Below are positions 21,178 through 30,860 of a stretch of 64,000 bases of DNA, piece by piece. Both the position numbers and the translations under genes were made by a program. The notes below the pieces were generated by a model. That model worked only from the letters and a program-made list of their open reading frames with translations. It was not told the DNA's origin and did no database searches. Source of the DNA: a virus; the IMG/VR virus record IMGVR_UViG_3300009504_000946, positions 2,558 to 66,557 of that record. One strand, given 5' to 3'. The number at the start of each line of letters is the position of its first letter. Positions within the stretch are counted from its first letter, which is position 1.

Positions 21178-22505
21178 TTAAATTTGATAATAATTCCCTG
21201 ACTCGGAGTAATGCCATCAACGACATCTCCAATGCCAAACCATTGACTTGAATATTGCTTGCTACTTTTCCCAAGACAATCACTCATGAATTTTTGAAAC
21301 TCAATGTTATCCCACTCGAAATCGTGGTCATCGTGACGCATTCCAGTCATGAAGTAATTTGCATTAAATCTCACATCAGGAGTTGTCACAATAAGGCTAT
21401 TGATATTGGGAATTTTCAAAATAGCTTCAATTAATTCAGCAGCAGCTTCTGGTTGCATGTGCTCAATTACTTCAGTACACACAACATCAGTTGGGACCAC
21501 TTCTTCTGTGGTAAATTTTTCTGATTGCAATAGTTCATCAATCGTCTTGAAAAAATGTACATTTTTCAAACCCTTATTCTTAACTCTACGCTCTGCATCA
21601 GCACGAACCTCATCATCAATATCAATGGCAAAATAGTCATTACCCTTCATGTACTTACTAAATCTGGTAATATACTTTCCTTCACCACATCCAACATCAA
21701 CTATGTCATTTTTGAAATCGAGTCTTTCCTCGATTGCCATCTGGCGAGCTTGCCATGTATCACCAAATGTCATCTCTATATTGGACTTTATATTCTTAGA
21801 AAGCTCATCCTTAATAACTCCAAAACCTTCAATATTTCTATTAAATGTGTTCATACCCCTAATGAATCGAATCTTAAATAGGTATCTCAAGAAATATGGA
21901 GCATCAATAACATTCATACATCGAATGTATTTAGCTATGTTGTCATCTCCAATGAAATTTGGCTCATTATTTACAATAGCATTAAATATTCCAAATAGGC
22001 TTGCAAAATTCAATAATTCAAATATTGTTTTATTTGTCGTTATTGTGATTTGATAATTATTTCTGTTAATTAGCTTTGCATCAACTTTATATTCTGGGAA
22101 ATAATCTTCAAAAGCAGCAATGTACCTTTCGTTCTTGATGTGAATCATGTTAATAAAGAATGAGCTCATCTTTCCTTCTGATTCTTTTATATCCCCGTTT
22201 GGAGTCGAAAATTCAGGTGACTTAAATGCACTTCTGAACATTTCATCAATTGCACTAACAACAAATGACGCAGAATTATATCTGGTTTCATTTAGATATT
22301 CAAACTCTTCTCCTTCATATGCTGGAAAAGACACTTCGTCACTCCCATCTTTAAAAAAAATGTTGTATGAGCTTTCATCACCTTCTGTAAAGTATCCAAA
22401 AACAATACCCTTCCTAAGATTCTTAGCAGATAAACCACTCTTTGGATTCTTGCTTATGATATATGAGAACATTGGGTTCTCACTCTTAAGTTGTATAATA
22501 CTCAT
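21174..22505 (-). CDS. hen1: Hen1-like RNA 3'-terminal 2'-O-methyltransferase
   Basis: VDVGCGEGKY, EVIEH, VTTP, RHDDHDFEW; adjacent to Pnkp. Confidence 0.88.
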   Translation of the reverse strand: MSIIQLKSENPMFSYIISKNPKSGLSAKNLRKGIVFGYFTEGDESSYNIFFKDGSDEVSFPAYEGEEFEYLNETRYNSASFVVSAIDEMFRSAFKSPEFSTPNGDIKESEGKMSSFFINMIHIKNERYIAAFEDYFPEYKVDAKLINRNNYQITITTNKTIFELLNFASLFGIFNAIVNNEPNFIGDDNIAKYIRCMNVIDAPYFLRYLFKIRFIRGMNTFNRNIEGFGVIKDELSKNIKSNIEMTFGDTWQARQMAIEERLDFKNDIVDVGCGEGKYITRFSKYMKGNDYFAIDIDDEVRADAERRVKNKGLKNVHFFKTIDELLQSEKFTTEEVVPTDVVCTEVIEHMQPEAAAELIEAILKIPNINSLIVTTPDVRFNANYFMTGMRHDDHDFEWDNIEFQKFMSDCLGKSSKQYSSQWFGIGDVVDGITPSQGIIIKFN

Positions 22506-22987
22506 ATTTTACCTTGTTTAAAATTTTCTATTTGCTCTGACGTATAATTAAATCTCCTAAGTACTGGCTCCCAGTATTCATAATAACCAGCCTCAAATTC
22601 ATCAATTGTAATAAATTTTGGAAGGCCATTAGAATCAAAAACTTGTATGAGATGAAATGATTCATTTTTTGATAGGTCCCTAAGAATGCTTATTGTTGAG
22701 TCTTTGTCTTCTATGTTAAATGGTGCTTCTGGAATCAACTCTATATATGTTGTTGACCTACTGACCTTTTTTTTAAAAGCCTGGTCATATAAGTTGAACA
22801 TCTCTTCTGACTCCTTATCCATGAAATTGACTAAATATTCAAGCACCTGCTCAGTTGTCATGTCAGCAATTCCAGGTTGAGAAATTAAATTATTAATTTT
22901 AGCCCTCGTAATTCTGGCTGCAGATGAAAATGAAGCAATAGATGTCATTGCTTTGTCAATCAGATAATCTTTTTCTATAGAGTCCAT
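22502..22987 (-). CDS. Hypothetical protein
   Basis: ORF directly downstream of a promoter motif. Confidence 0.6.
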   Translation of the reverse strand: MDSIEKDYLIDKAMTSIASFSSAARITRAKINNLISQPGIADMTTEQVLEYLVNFMDKESEEMFNLYDQAFKKKVSRSTTYIELIPEAPFNIEDKDSTISILRDLSKNESFHLIQVFDSNGLPKFITIDEFEAGYYEYWEPVLRRFNYTSEQIENFKQGKI

Positions 22988-22998
22988 ATCACCCCTTA

Positions 22999-23024
22999 TA
23001 CGTATATTAGAATTAAATGTTACA
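22999..23024 (-). promoter_or_regulatory. ECF-sigma-type promoter
   Basis: TGTAAC-N16-CGTATAA. Confidence 0.7.
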
Positions 23025-23032
23025 ATGCCACA

Positions 23033-23791
23033 TCACTTAGATGGTGTTGTCTTGTTTATGATTCTTGTGACATTATTATGCAGGTCTACTTCACTATACA
23101 TCTTATCAACATATTCGATGTTTTTTTCATGTTCTTTTTTAAACTCTTCTCTGTTGTTATATTTTGGATTTTCCATGAGAGGAATAAAAGTCTTCTGAAG
23201 TATTCTCGCTATGTTATAGGCATCATCTCCGCCTCGATGAGCTGTTCCCTCAAAATCCATCCCAAGTTTATCGAGAGCTTGTGCAACCCCAAGGTCTGTC
23301 TTGATTCCAAATGCGAAGCTAAATAGCGGTTTCATATTTATGTGAGTTCTTCCAAATGGATTTCTAATCCCCTTCAACTCACAATTGGATGCAATGATAT
23401 TTTTATCATACTCACCCCAACTTAACCAAATTCTATCTCTTGACTTATACTTAGTTTCAAGTATCTCACACGCCTCAGCAAAAGAAACACCATGTTCATC
23501 AACAAATTCCTGGGTTATTGTTGTAAGTCCTGTACAAAAATCTGAAATCTCTGAAAAATCAGGCTTAACTATGATTGTGTCTCTAAGTCTAATTTCCTTT
23601 GTAACATAGTCAACACCAGATATTCCTATCTCAATAATTTCATTGTGCATTCCATCTGGAGTCTTCTTATTCCAGCATGTAGCTTCGAAGTCAATAACCA
23701 AAGCAATGTCTCTGCTCATTTTCCCTCTCTTACTTGTTGTTTTTTTACCTCTTCTACTAAAGTGGTTTCTATTGTCTTTTTCTGTGTTCAT
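23033..23791 (-). CDS. DEDDh 3'-5' exonuclease (ERI-1/KapD-like)
   Basis: VIDFEATCW, EIIEIG, SWGEYD, AHRGGDDA; true start may be the later Met (MSRDIAL). Confidence 0.88.
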   Translation of the reverse strand: MNTEKDNRNHFSRRGKKTTSKRGKMSRDIALVIDFEATCWNKKTPDGMHNEIIEIGISGVDYVTKEIRLRDTIIVKPDFSEISDFCTGLTTITQEFVDEHGVSFAEACEILETKYKSRDRIWLSWGEYDKNIIASNCELKGIRNPFGRTHINMKPLFSFAFGIKTDLGVAQALDKLGMDFEGTAHRGGDDAYNIARILQKTFIPLMENPKYNNREEFKKEHEKNIEYVDKMYSEVDLHNNVTRIINKTTPSK

Positions 23792-23948
23792 TTTTACTTG
23801 AATTAATTAGAGTATCAATGAATTTTGTATTCATTTTATTATCTTCCACTTCTATATCAACAGGTTTATTATAAAAAAAAGATAATATAAACAAAGTTGA
23901 TATTCCGATTCCCATCATTACTAAAGAAAATATAATTACCTTTTTCAT
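23769..23948 (-). CDS. Small membrane protein, 59 aa (not in ORF track)
   Basis: MKKVIIFSLVMMGIGISTLFILSFFYNK...HRKRQ fills the gap with overlaps at both ends. Confidence 0.5.
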   Translation of the reverse strand: MKKVIIFSLVMMGIGISTLFILSFFYNKPVDIEVEDNKMNTKFIDTLINSSKNEHRKRQ

Positions 23949-24490
23949 TCTTGTTTTTTTATATATTTTACTGGAACCTCGTCTGTCAGATAAACTCCAT
24001 TCTCTGACTTATAAATTTTATATCCATCAGCTCTCATCCTCATGGCTTCGACCTCAAGTATTGTGAACTTACCCCTTCTTGAACCAACGATAGCCGCAGT
24101 CTCCTTATCTGGAGACAAATGTACGTGATGGCGTGACATTTTTTTGAGTCCTTCTCTCATTATTATGTCAACAACACCGACTGGAGCTCCATGATATAAA
24201 ATCTGAGGAGGTATTACCTCATCAAGTTTAAGGTCAACCGAAACTGAGTGTCCCTGGTTTGCTCTTATCATAATCAAGTCTTCGCTTATTGAAAACCTCT
24301 TCTTATCATTGTTGTTAACGACATATTTTAAGTCATCAAAATCAAAATCAATCTTAGACTTTGCATTTTCAATCAAAATGTCAATATTTGTCCACCCACC
24401 CTCATTTAGCTCAATTCCAATTTGTTCAGGATTGTGACGAAGCCAATACGAGAGTGACTTGCTAATTTTTTTTTCTCTATTTTCGTTCAT
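23945..24490 (-). CDS. kptA: RNA 2'-phosphotransferase
   Basis: SKSLSYWLRH, DKKRF, IRANQGHS, LYHG, MSRHHVHLS, NGVYL. Confidence 0.95.
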   Translation of the reverse strand: MNENREKKISKSLSYWLRHNPEQIGIELNEGGWTNIDILIENAKSKIDFDFDDLKYVVNNNDKKRFSISEDLIMIRANQGHSVSVDLKLDEVIPPQILYHGAPVGVVDIIMREGLKKMSRHHVHLSPDKETAAIVGSRRGKFTILEVEAMRMRADGYKIYKSENGVYLTDEVPVKYIKKQE

Positions 24491-25025
24491 TTATTTTTTT
24501 CATTATTTCATCAACAATAAAATTCTTTACATCCACACCAATACCAGAAACACCAGTAAACTCAATATCATTTTCAATTAAAAACTCTGATATTTCCCTA
24601 TCCACTTCCTTAGCGCCTTCAGAATCTTGATACCTACCCTCTTGCTCATATGGAACCTCTTTATCTCTTAGTATAAAGTAATTCATGTTGTTGTACTTAT
24701 TGTACTCAGACATTACAAGATTCTTCAACTCTTCATTTTTTGTCTTATCGTATATGCTGCAGAAAATGAATGGAGAATCAGTGACAATTACATCAACTTC
24801 ATCTTTCATTGTGAACAACTGATATTGTTGCTTACCAAATATGTAAATTTGACTCTCAACAGCCTTCATCGCTCCTTCTCTTAGTTTTTTCTTGATGTAT
24901 TCTGGAGATATTTCTGCAGAAACAAACCTTCTCTTAAGTTCTGAAAATATTTCAGAAGTAAGTATTGATTTTCCAACTCCTGGACCACCAATTAAATTTA
25001 CTACTATCGCTTTGTTTTTATACAT
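24477..25025 (-). CDS. P-loop kinase/ATPase (NadR-like AAA_28)
   Basis: GGPGVGKS, VIVTDSP, YEQEGRYQ. Confidence 0.8.
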   Translation of the reverse strand: MYKNKAIVVNLIGGPGVGKSILTSEIFSELKRRFVSAEISPEYIKKKLREGAMKAVESQIYIFGKQQYQLFTMKDEVDVIVTDSPFIFCSIYDKTKNEELKNLVMSEYNKYNNMNYFILRDKEVPYEQEGRYQDSEGAKEVDREISEFLIENDIEFTGVSGIGVDVKNFIVDEIMKKINERK

Positions 25026-25037
25026 TTTTATTAAAAT

Positions 25038-25063
25038 AAAAAAGGTCTCATGAGAGACCCTTT
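25038..25063 (-). terminator. Intrinsic terminator
   Basis: GGTCTC-loop-GAGACC plus T run. Confidence 0.6.
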
Positions 25064-25086
25064 GTTGTTTGTTTACTCTCGTGGAG

Positions 25087-25116
25087 CAAATATAGTGAAA
25101 ATATATTATCTGACAA
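25087..25116 (-). promoter_or_regulatory. Bacteroidota-type promoter
   Basis: TTG-N19-TATATTTG. Confidence 0.5.
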
Positions 25117-25124
25117 GTTCATTT

Positions 25125-25553
25125 TTATTTTTTATTTAGCCTATCTCTAATTTCTGCAGCTTTTTCATAATTCTCGATATTGACAGCTCTTTCTAATTCA
25201 AACCTAAGCCACTCAGCATTATCCTTAAGGTTTTCTAAATTTAGAGACTTAAGCTCCTCAATATCTGTATCTGGAAAAAACCCTGCTATTGATTCTTCAT
25301 TGACATTTCCAGTAAGCTCAATTAATAGATACCTTGAGTTTTTCATTTTCAATTTTTCTCTCACCTCAATAGAGCTCATCTTGGTTGTGAAGATAACTCC
25401 GTATCCAGAAACTCTCTCGGTCTTGTAAGCTATTGTATCCTTTATAAATGCTTGCTTAACTGCAATATAACTATCAGTCAATTTTTTTCCACCCCCATCT
25501 TGAGGTAAAAACAGAAACATTTTCAACCCTTCCTCGCTCATACTAACACTCAT
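25125..25553 (-). CDS. Hypothetical protein with C-terminal UVR motif
   Basis: ELERAVNIENYEKAAEIRD. Confidence 0.65.
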   Translation of the reverse strand: MSVSMSEEGLKMFLFLPQDGGGKKLTDSYIAVKQAFIKDTIAYKTERVSGYGVIFTTKMSSIEVREKLKMKNSRYLLIELTGNVNEESIAGFFPDTDIEELKSLNLENLKDNAEWLRFELERAVNIENYEKAAEIRDRLNKK

Positions 25554-26034
25554 CTGATAAACTATAGTTACTAAATGGTTTTTGACCAGTTACCTCGCAA
25601 ATAATTTCTTTTTTGATTTTCTCTGGAATTTCGATTTCTTGATTAATGTCATCAAGCTCAACTTCAAGTGTGACCAAATTTATATCTTCATATATATCAA
25701 TCTCCCATTTCAATCCACCATCACTATAGACTAATCTTTCTTTAATGATAAACCTATGCGGCTGCTTAGCCATTTTATTAAAAGTGTTTTCACTTACCTT
25801 TACCTCAATTTCTTCAAAAACGCCAGTTGATATTGGTTTTTTAACACACTTAAAATATATTGTTTCATTATTTGGTCTTCTCAGGTCCTCAGTCATTCTA
25901 AATCGAGTAACTTGACCATCAATGTCTACATATACTTGGTGGATTAAATATCTTTCCAAATCTTTTGCAAGAAATGCTGGAACTCTCTTAAGTAAGAACT
26001 TTCTCTCTATTTCCAAGTTATTTTTCGTACCCAT
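25543..26034 (-). CDS. CYTH domain protein
   Basis: EIERKFL, IHQVY, WEID, LEVEL. Confidence 0.88.
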   Translation of the reverse strand: MGTKNNLEIERKFLLKRVPAFLAKDLERYLIHQVYVDIDGQVTRFRMTEDLRRPNNETIYFKCVKKPISTGVFEEIEVKVSENTFNKMAKQPHRFIIKERLVYSDGGLKWEIDIYEDINLVTLEVELDDINQEIEIPEKIKKEIICEVTGQKPFSNYSLSDEC

Positions 26035-27466
26035 ATATTTCTTTTAACGTATTTCTGTTTGAATTATTTGTACACATCACAATGTCTTCCATTTTAAACT
26101 CAGATGGGTGATTATACCCACACGCATGTGCGGACTGTAAAATATCTTTTCTAAGAGTCTTTATAAATCTACCAACTCTCTCAGACTTTTCTTCAACATC
26201 AAAACCCTTCTCAAGCCACCACTTATGAGTTGCAATTCCAGCTGGACAATTGCCTACGTGACACTTTTGAGCTTGAATACATCCTGCTGAAATCATAACT
26301 TCTCTTGCTATGTTAATCATGTCAGCGCCCATAGCAAAAGCTACAACAGCCTTGCTCGGAAGACCAAGCTTACCAGATGCAATCCAAGTAACCTTGCCAA
26401 CATCATAGTAGTCCTTAAATATCTTATACACAGTGGTAAATGCCTCATAGAATGGTAGTGACATATTATCAGCAAACGATGCTGGAGCAGCTCCTGTTCC
26501 ACCCTCACCCCCATCAATTGTGATGAAGTCTGGGCCATTCCCCTTAACTCTCATAGCACATGCAAGGTCAATCCAAAATTGACTCTTGCCAACCGCTGAC
26601 TTAATACCAACTGGAAGACCCGTTGCCTTTGCAATTTCTTCAACAAAACTAACTAAGCCATGAGCTGAATCGAAGGCGGAGTGATAGGATGGAGATATTA
26701 CATCTTTACCCACTTCAATTCCTCTTATTTTTGCAATTTCTTTAGTAACTTTATCTCCAGGAAGAACACCTCCCTTACCTGGCTTTGCTCCCTGACTAAG
26801 TTTAACCTCAATCATCTTGATGTTTGGGTTTTCTTTAACCAAACTCACAAGTTTGTCAAGGTCGAATGTTCTTGTGCCATCCTCATTTGTATAACCACAA
26901 CCAAAATATGAAGTTCCAAGATTAAATACTACATCAGCTCCATTTCCATGATAATCTGGAGAATAACCACCCTCACCAGTATTGTGATATGCGTGAGCTA
27001 TTTTTGCTCCTTTGTTATTTGCTTCCGTAGCTCTCTTTCCGAGGGAGCCATAACTCATTCCAGAAATGTTTACAATTGAAGTTGGGTGATAGGGGTTTTT
27101 TCTACCTGGACCAATAATCTTAGTAGGTTTTAATTCACCTGAAACACTTACCTCTCTAACTGGAAGAGCTGCTGTCTTGATAAAAAAATGACCAGGCTTA
27201 TTAAAATCTGCATCCGAGCCAAATCCTATTAAGTTATTCTCACCTTTTGATGATGCATATATGTAGCTTCTATCAACTCTGTTGAATGGTAATTCCTCTC
27301 GATTCCCAGCAACTAAGTACTGACGCATCTCAGGGCCTATGGATTCTAAAAAATACCTAATTCTTCCGATTAGAGGGAAGTTGCTCCTTATTGTATGCTT
27401 CTTGCTAAATATGTCGTAAGCGACAATTAACAAGATAACTCCTAATATGTAAAAAGTAATATTCAT
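26018..27466 (-). CDS. FMN-binding glutamate synthase family protein
   Basis: MSYGSL, NTGEGG, EVKLSQGAKPGKGG, IDGGEGGTGAAP, CIQAQKCHVGNCPAGIAT. Confidence 0.92.
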   Translation of the reverse strand: MNITFYILGVILLIVAYDIFSKKHTIRSNFPLIGRIRYFLESIGPEMRQYLVAGNREELPFNRVDRSYIYASSKGENNLIGFGSDADFNKPGHFFIKTAALPVREVSVSGELKPTKIIGPGRKNPYHPTSIVNISGMSYGSLGKRATEANNKGAKIAHAYHNTGEGGYSPDYHGNGADVVFNLGTSYFGCGYTNEDGTRTFDLDKLVSLVKENPNIKMIEVKLSQGAKPGKGGVLPGDKVTKEIAKIRGIEVGKDVISPSYHSAFDSAHGLVSFVEEIAKATGLPVGIKSAVGKSQFWIDLACAMRVKGNGPDFITIDGGEGGTGAAPASFADNMSLPFYEAFTTVYKIFKDYYDVGKVTWIASGKLGLPSKAVVAFAMGADMINIAREVMISAGCIQAQKCHVGNCPAGIATHKWWLEKGFDVEEKSERVGRFIKTLRKDILQSAHACGYNHPSEFKMEDIVMCTNNSNRNTLKEIYGYEK

Positions 27467-27503
27467 AAAAAAGCCTATTTTCGTTGTTATACGAAAATAG
27501 GCT
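27467..27503 (-). terminator. Terminator-like hairpin overlapping a promoter -10 element
   Basis: AGCCTATTTTCGT-loop-ACGAAAATAGGCT plus T run. Confidence 0.6.
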
Positions 27504-27515
27504 CAAAATGTTTCA
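27490..27515 (-). promoter_or_regulatory. ECF-sigma-type promoter
   Basis: TGAAAC-N16-CGTATAA. Confidence 0.75.
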
Positions 27516-27521
27516 ATAAAA

Positions 27522-29090
27522 TTAGACTAATTCCTTAATTTTACCAATAAGTGCGTCAACTCTATTTTTTGTTTCTATTGGGCCAATTACATACATAATT
27601 TCTGGCAGTTTAGGCCCCGAAACACCACCAGTTAAAGCAACTCTTAGCATTGGCATAATTTTTCCAACCTCAAAACCTAAGTTAGTTGAAATTGACTCAA
27701 GTACCATTTTTATGTGTTCAATTGTCCAATCTTTTTCATCAAAGTCAATCATGAAATCTTCTGAAACAAATATGTTCATAACTTTGATGAATTCATCAAC
27801 ATTCTTTGTCTTAATTTCACCACTTAAGTCAGGAGCATTCCAAAGATAACTCATTGCATCCTTAAGGTCACTTGCAAACACAACTCTCTCAACAGCCATC
27901 TTGGCAATTAGGTCCATTTTGGCATCATCAAGAGTAAACAAAAATTCACCTGGCATTGATGTCATTCTTTCGAGGATGTAATCAGCGTGTCTATTTCTCA
28001 GATAGTGCGCATTAAAACTATCAAGCTTCTTAGGGTCGAACATTGCTCCAGAATTATTAACTCTTTCAAGACTGAATAGTTCAAACATTTCACTCACTGT
28101 CATGAACTCAACATTTCCACCTGGATTCCACCCAAGAAGAGCAAGATAATTTATAAATGCATCTGACTCATATCCTGCCTCACGAAACCCCTTAACTTCA
28201 ATAACTTCTCCTTCCGAGTTAGTATATGTCCAGTCAAGCATAAAGGCAGGTATTCCATATTTATTTCTCTTTCCAAACTTTTTTCCATCTGGACCAAGAA
28301 TAAGAGGCAAGTGTGCAAATGTTGGAAGGTCCCAGCCAAATGCTTTATAAATTAAAATATGAAGCGGAGTAGATGATACCCACTCTTCACCACGAATGAC
28401 GTGAGTAATTTCCATCAAATAATCATCAACAACATTTGCCATGTGATATGTTGGAAGTCCATTGCTTGATTTCCAAATGACTTTATCATCAAGGTCACTT
28501 GTATTAAATACAACCCACCCCCTAATTTCATCCTTAAATCTTACATCTTCTGCTCTCGGCATTTTAAATCTTACAACATATGGGTCACCAGAATCAATCC
28601 TTGCCCTAACATCATCTGAAGACATACTCAATGAGTTTTTCATTCTTTCCCTAACTACGCCAGAATATCCAGTAATCTTAACTTTAGAGGCAGTTAATTC
28701 ATCCCTCATCTTATCAAGCTCCTCTTCGGTATCAAATGCATAGTAAGCATTGCCAGATTCAATAAGCATGTCAACGTATTTTTTATACAAATGACTTCTT
28801 TCCGATTGAGTGTAAGGACCAAAGCTTCCCCCTTTCTTAGAAGACTCATCAAACTTAATTCCAAGCCAATTAAGACTATCATAAATATAGTCCACTGAGC
28901 CAGCGACCTCTCTCTTGGAGTCTGTGTCCTCAATTCTCAATATAAAATCACCACCATGCTTCTTAGCAAAGAGATAATTAAATAGAGCTGTTCTAACTCC
29001 TCCAATATGTAAAGGCCCAGTTTACGTAGGGGAGGGCGCAAAGCGAACTCTTACCCTCCCCAAATTTCTTTTATCAATATTAATATTCAT
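27522..29090 (-). CDS. gltX: Glutamyl-tRNA synthetase with in-frame TAA at 29022-29024
   Basis: Reads [65 protein letters not shown]..KFGKR in one frame. Confidence 0.9.
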
Positions 29091-29098
29091 TTTTTTGA

Positions 29099-29605
29099 TT
29101 ATAAATTATTAGTTAAATTCTTTTTTTGTCTCTCAAAAAATTTATCAACAAAATCTTTTGAATCTTTAAGTCCCCAGCCAGTCTGCTCCTTTACATACTT
29201 AACTCCCATTAATAAGGCAGTTCCATCTTTAGAAGCCTCTACAAGACCTCTCTCAATTCTTCTTCTCTCATCATCATCTTCTATTGATGTAGTATTTTTG
29301 ACTGGTAATGGAACCAAATAAGATTTAAAGCCATTTTTATTAATAAACTCATGGAACATGGTGCTTCCGCTGGCATACATATTTACTCCACCAAAGTGTG
29401 GGTCTGGAGAGAAATGAATTGGAAAGCACTTTTTATATTCATTCTCAAGATTTTCAAATTCAAGCTTGTTAACTTGATGATTTGTCTTATATCGTCTCCA
29501 ATCAATACCATTAGAACTTGCGGTTCGAGAATACTTTTTTTTTCCTAAAGATATAACTTCTTTTCTCGATTTTCCTTTTACAAATATTTCTTCAATTACT
29601 TTCAT
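29099..29605 (-). CDS. Hypothetical protein with ribosomal L7/L12 CTD-like motif
   Basis: VKYVKEQTGWGLKDSKDFVD resembles IKxVRExTGLGLKEAKDLVE. Confidence 0.6.
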   Translation of the reverse strand: MKVIEEIFVKGKSRKEVISLGKKKYSRTASSNGIDWRRYKTNHQVNKLEFENLENEYKKCFPIHFSPDPHFGGVNMYASGSTMFHEFINKNGFKSYLVPLPVKNTTSIEDDDERRRIERGLVEASKDGTALLMGVKYVKEQTGWGLKDSKDFVDKFFERQKKNLTNNL

Positions 29606-29949
29606 TTTCCTTTAATTGTTACTTCGCCATTTTTTATTTCAATTATAATTGCAATTTGACCTTTATATCGCCTCGGAGTAAAGTTAATTTCCTTTAGAGC
29701 CCTTTCTTTTTCATCACCCTCAAGACCTGGTAGGCATTCCTCTAAATATTCCTCCTTACTCATTTTTTCCATAAACTGAGCCTTGGTCATATTATATTTA
29801 TACTCACGTTTTCCACCTACCTCTATTATTAGGTCAGTTCTATCTCCGTTGGTTGGCGGAATGGATGTAACATCAGTTCTAACAATAATCTGCTCACCAC
29901 AACGATAGTGGTCATTCATCTCCAGTGTCCACTTATTCTTTTGTTTCAT
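29602..29949 (-). CDS. Hypothetical protein
   Basis: Packed ORF. Confidence 0.55.
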   Translation of the reverse strand: MKQKNKWTLEMNDHYRCGEQIIVRTDVTSIPPTNGDRTDLIIEVGGKREYKYNMTKAQFMEKMSKEEYLEECLPGLEGDEKERALKEINFTPRRYKGQIAIIIEIKNGEVTIKGK

Positions 29950-30355
29950 GATTTTTTAAGTCAGTTAACAACTGTAGCTTACCAACAATTGGTTCACAAT
30001 CCTCAACATAATTTGGTCCAACTGCAACAACTGTATAATTTTCTCCCTCAAGACCAAACAAGCCAGCATCCTTAATTAAAGAGGCATTGAGTCCAGCATC
30101 TTTTGCGGCATTATACACCTTTAGAAGTTGGTTCTCATTTTTAACTTTTTTAGTAATCTTTGTAAATCTTCCATCAACCCACTCCAACTCCTCATCTGTC
30201 AAATGTAAAGTTCTCTCTGACCTATCAGTTGGCAATACAAACATCTTATCAAAAAACACTTTCATACAAGCGTGAGCAGCTTGTGCGGCAAGTTTACCAG
30301 CATTCATTGGAAGGTCGGTCCTTACAATTATGTATTGCTTAACTTCCTTTTCCAT
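29933..30355 (-). CDS. Peptidyl-tRNA hydrolase, Pth2 family
   Basis: KQYIIVRTDL.M..GKLAAQAAHA, IKDAG, TVVAVGP; start at MEKEVKQ. Confidence 0.9.
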   Translation of the reverse strand: MEKEVKQYIIVRTDLPMNAGKLAAQAAHACMKVFFDKMFVLPTDRSERTLHLTDEELEWVDGRFTKITKKVKNENQLLKVYNAAKDAGLNASLIKDAGLFGLEGENYTVVAVGPNYVEDCEPIVGKLQLLTDLKNHETKE

Positions 30356-30860
30356 CTTCAATTCTCTTATTAACAATATTCTCCCACTTAATGTTCTTCT
30401 CAGAAATTTTAGCAACCACCTCAGACTCCTTAATATCGTAGTAAGCAGTTAAGCTAAGAACTTTAGAAATGCATCTATTGAATTGATAAATCAACTCTGG
30501 GTGATTTGTCTCAAACCTGTAAACAATACCACCAACATACTTAAATACTTTTGGTAATATGAACTCTGGCTTAGTACCATCTGGTTTATGTGAGCCATCA
30601 ATAAACTGGTCCCTAAACACAGAGTAGTCAAGGTCATAGGTGTCAGCAAAAGATAGTAGACATTGAATTGTATCTGCAGCCTCCTCCTTAATTTCTTCAA
30701 GTATTTGCTCACTGGTAAGTGTTGTTGCTTTTCTTCCAAGCTTCATATTTACTGCACGAGCAAACTCGCCAACTTCCTCAAACAACTTACACAATCTCAA
30801 CTCAGAAGAAGCTGGGTCAAGTCTATTGATTCTCTGAATTTCTTTATATGTGTTTTTCAT
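30339..30860 (-). CDS. MazG-like nucleotide pyrophosphohydrolase
   Basis: KLFEEVGEFARAV..EEAAD. Confidence 0.8.
   Translation of the reverse strand: MKNTYKEIQRINRLDPASSELRLCKLFEEVGEFARAVNMKLGRKATTLTSEQILEEIKEEAADTIQCLLSFADTYDLDYSVFRDQFIDGSHKPDGTKPEFILPKVFKYVGGIVYRFETNHPELIYQFNRCISKVLSLTAYYDIKESEVVAKISEKNIKWENIVNKRIEDGKGS

Noticed and set aside
29019-29027. Intact group I intron in gltX
   Set aside because: The insertion is only 6 nt, with no catalytic core; at most a scar
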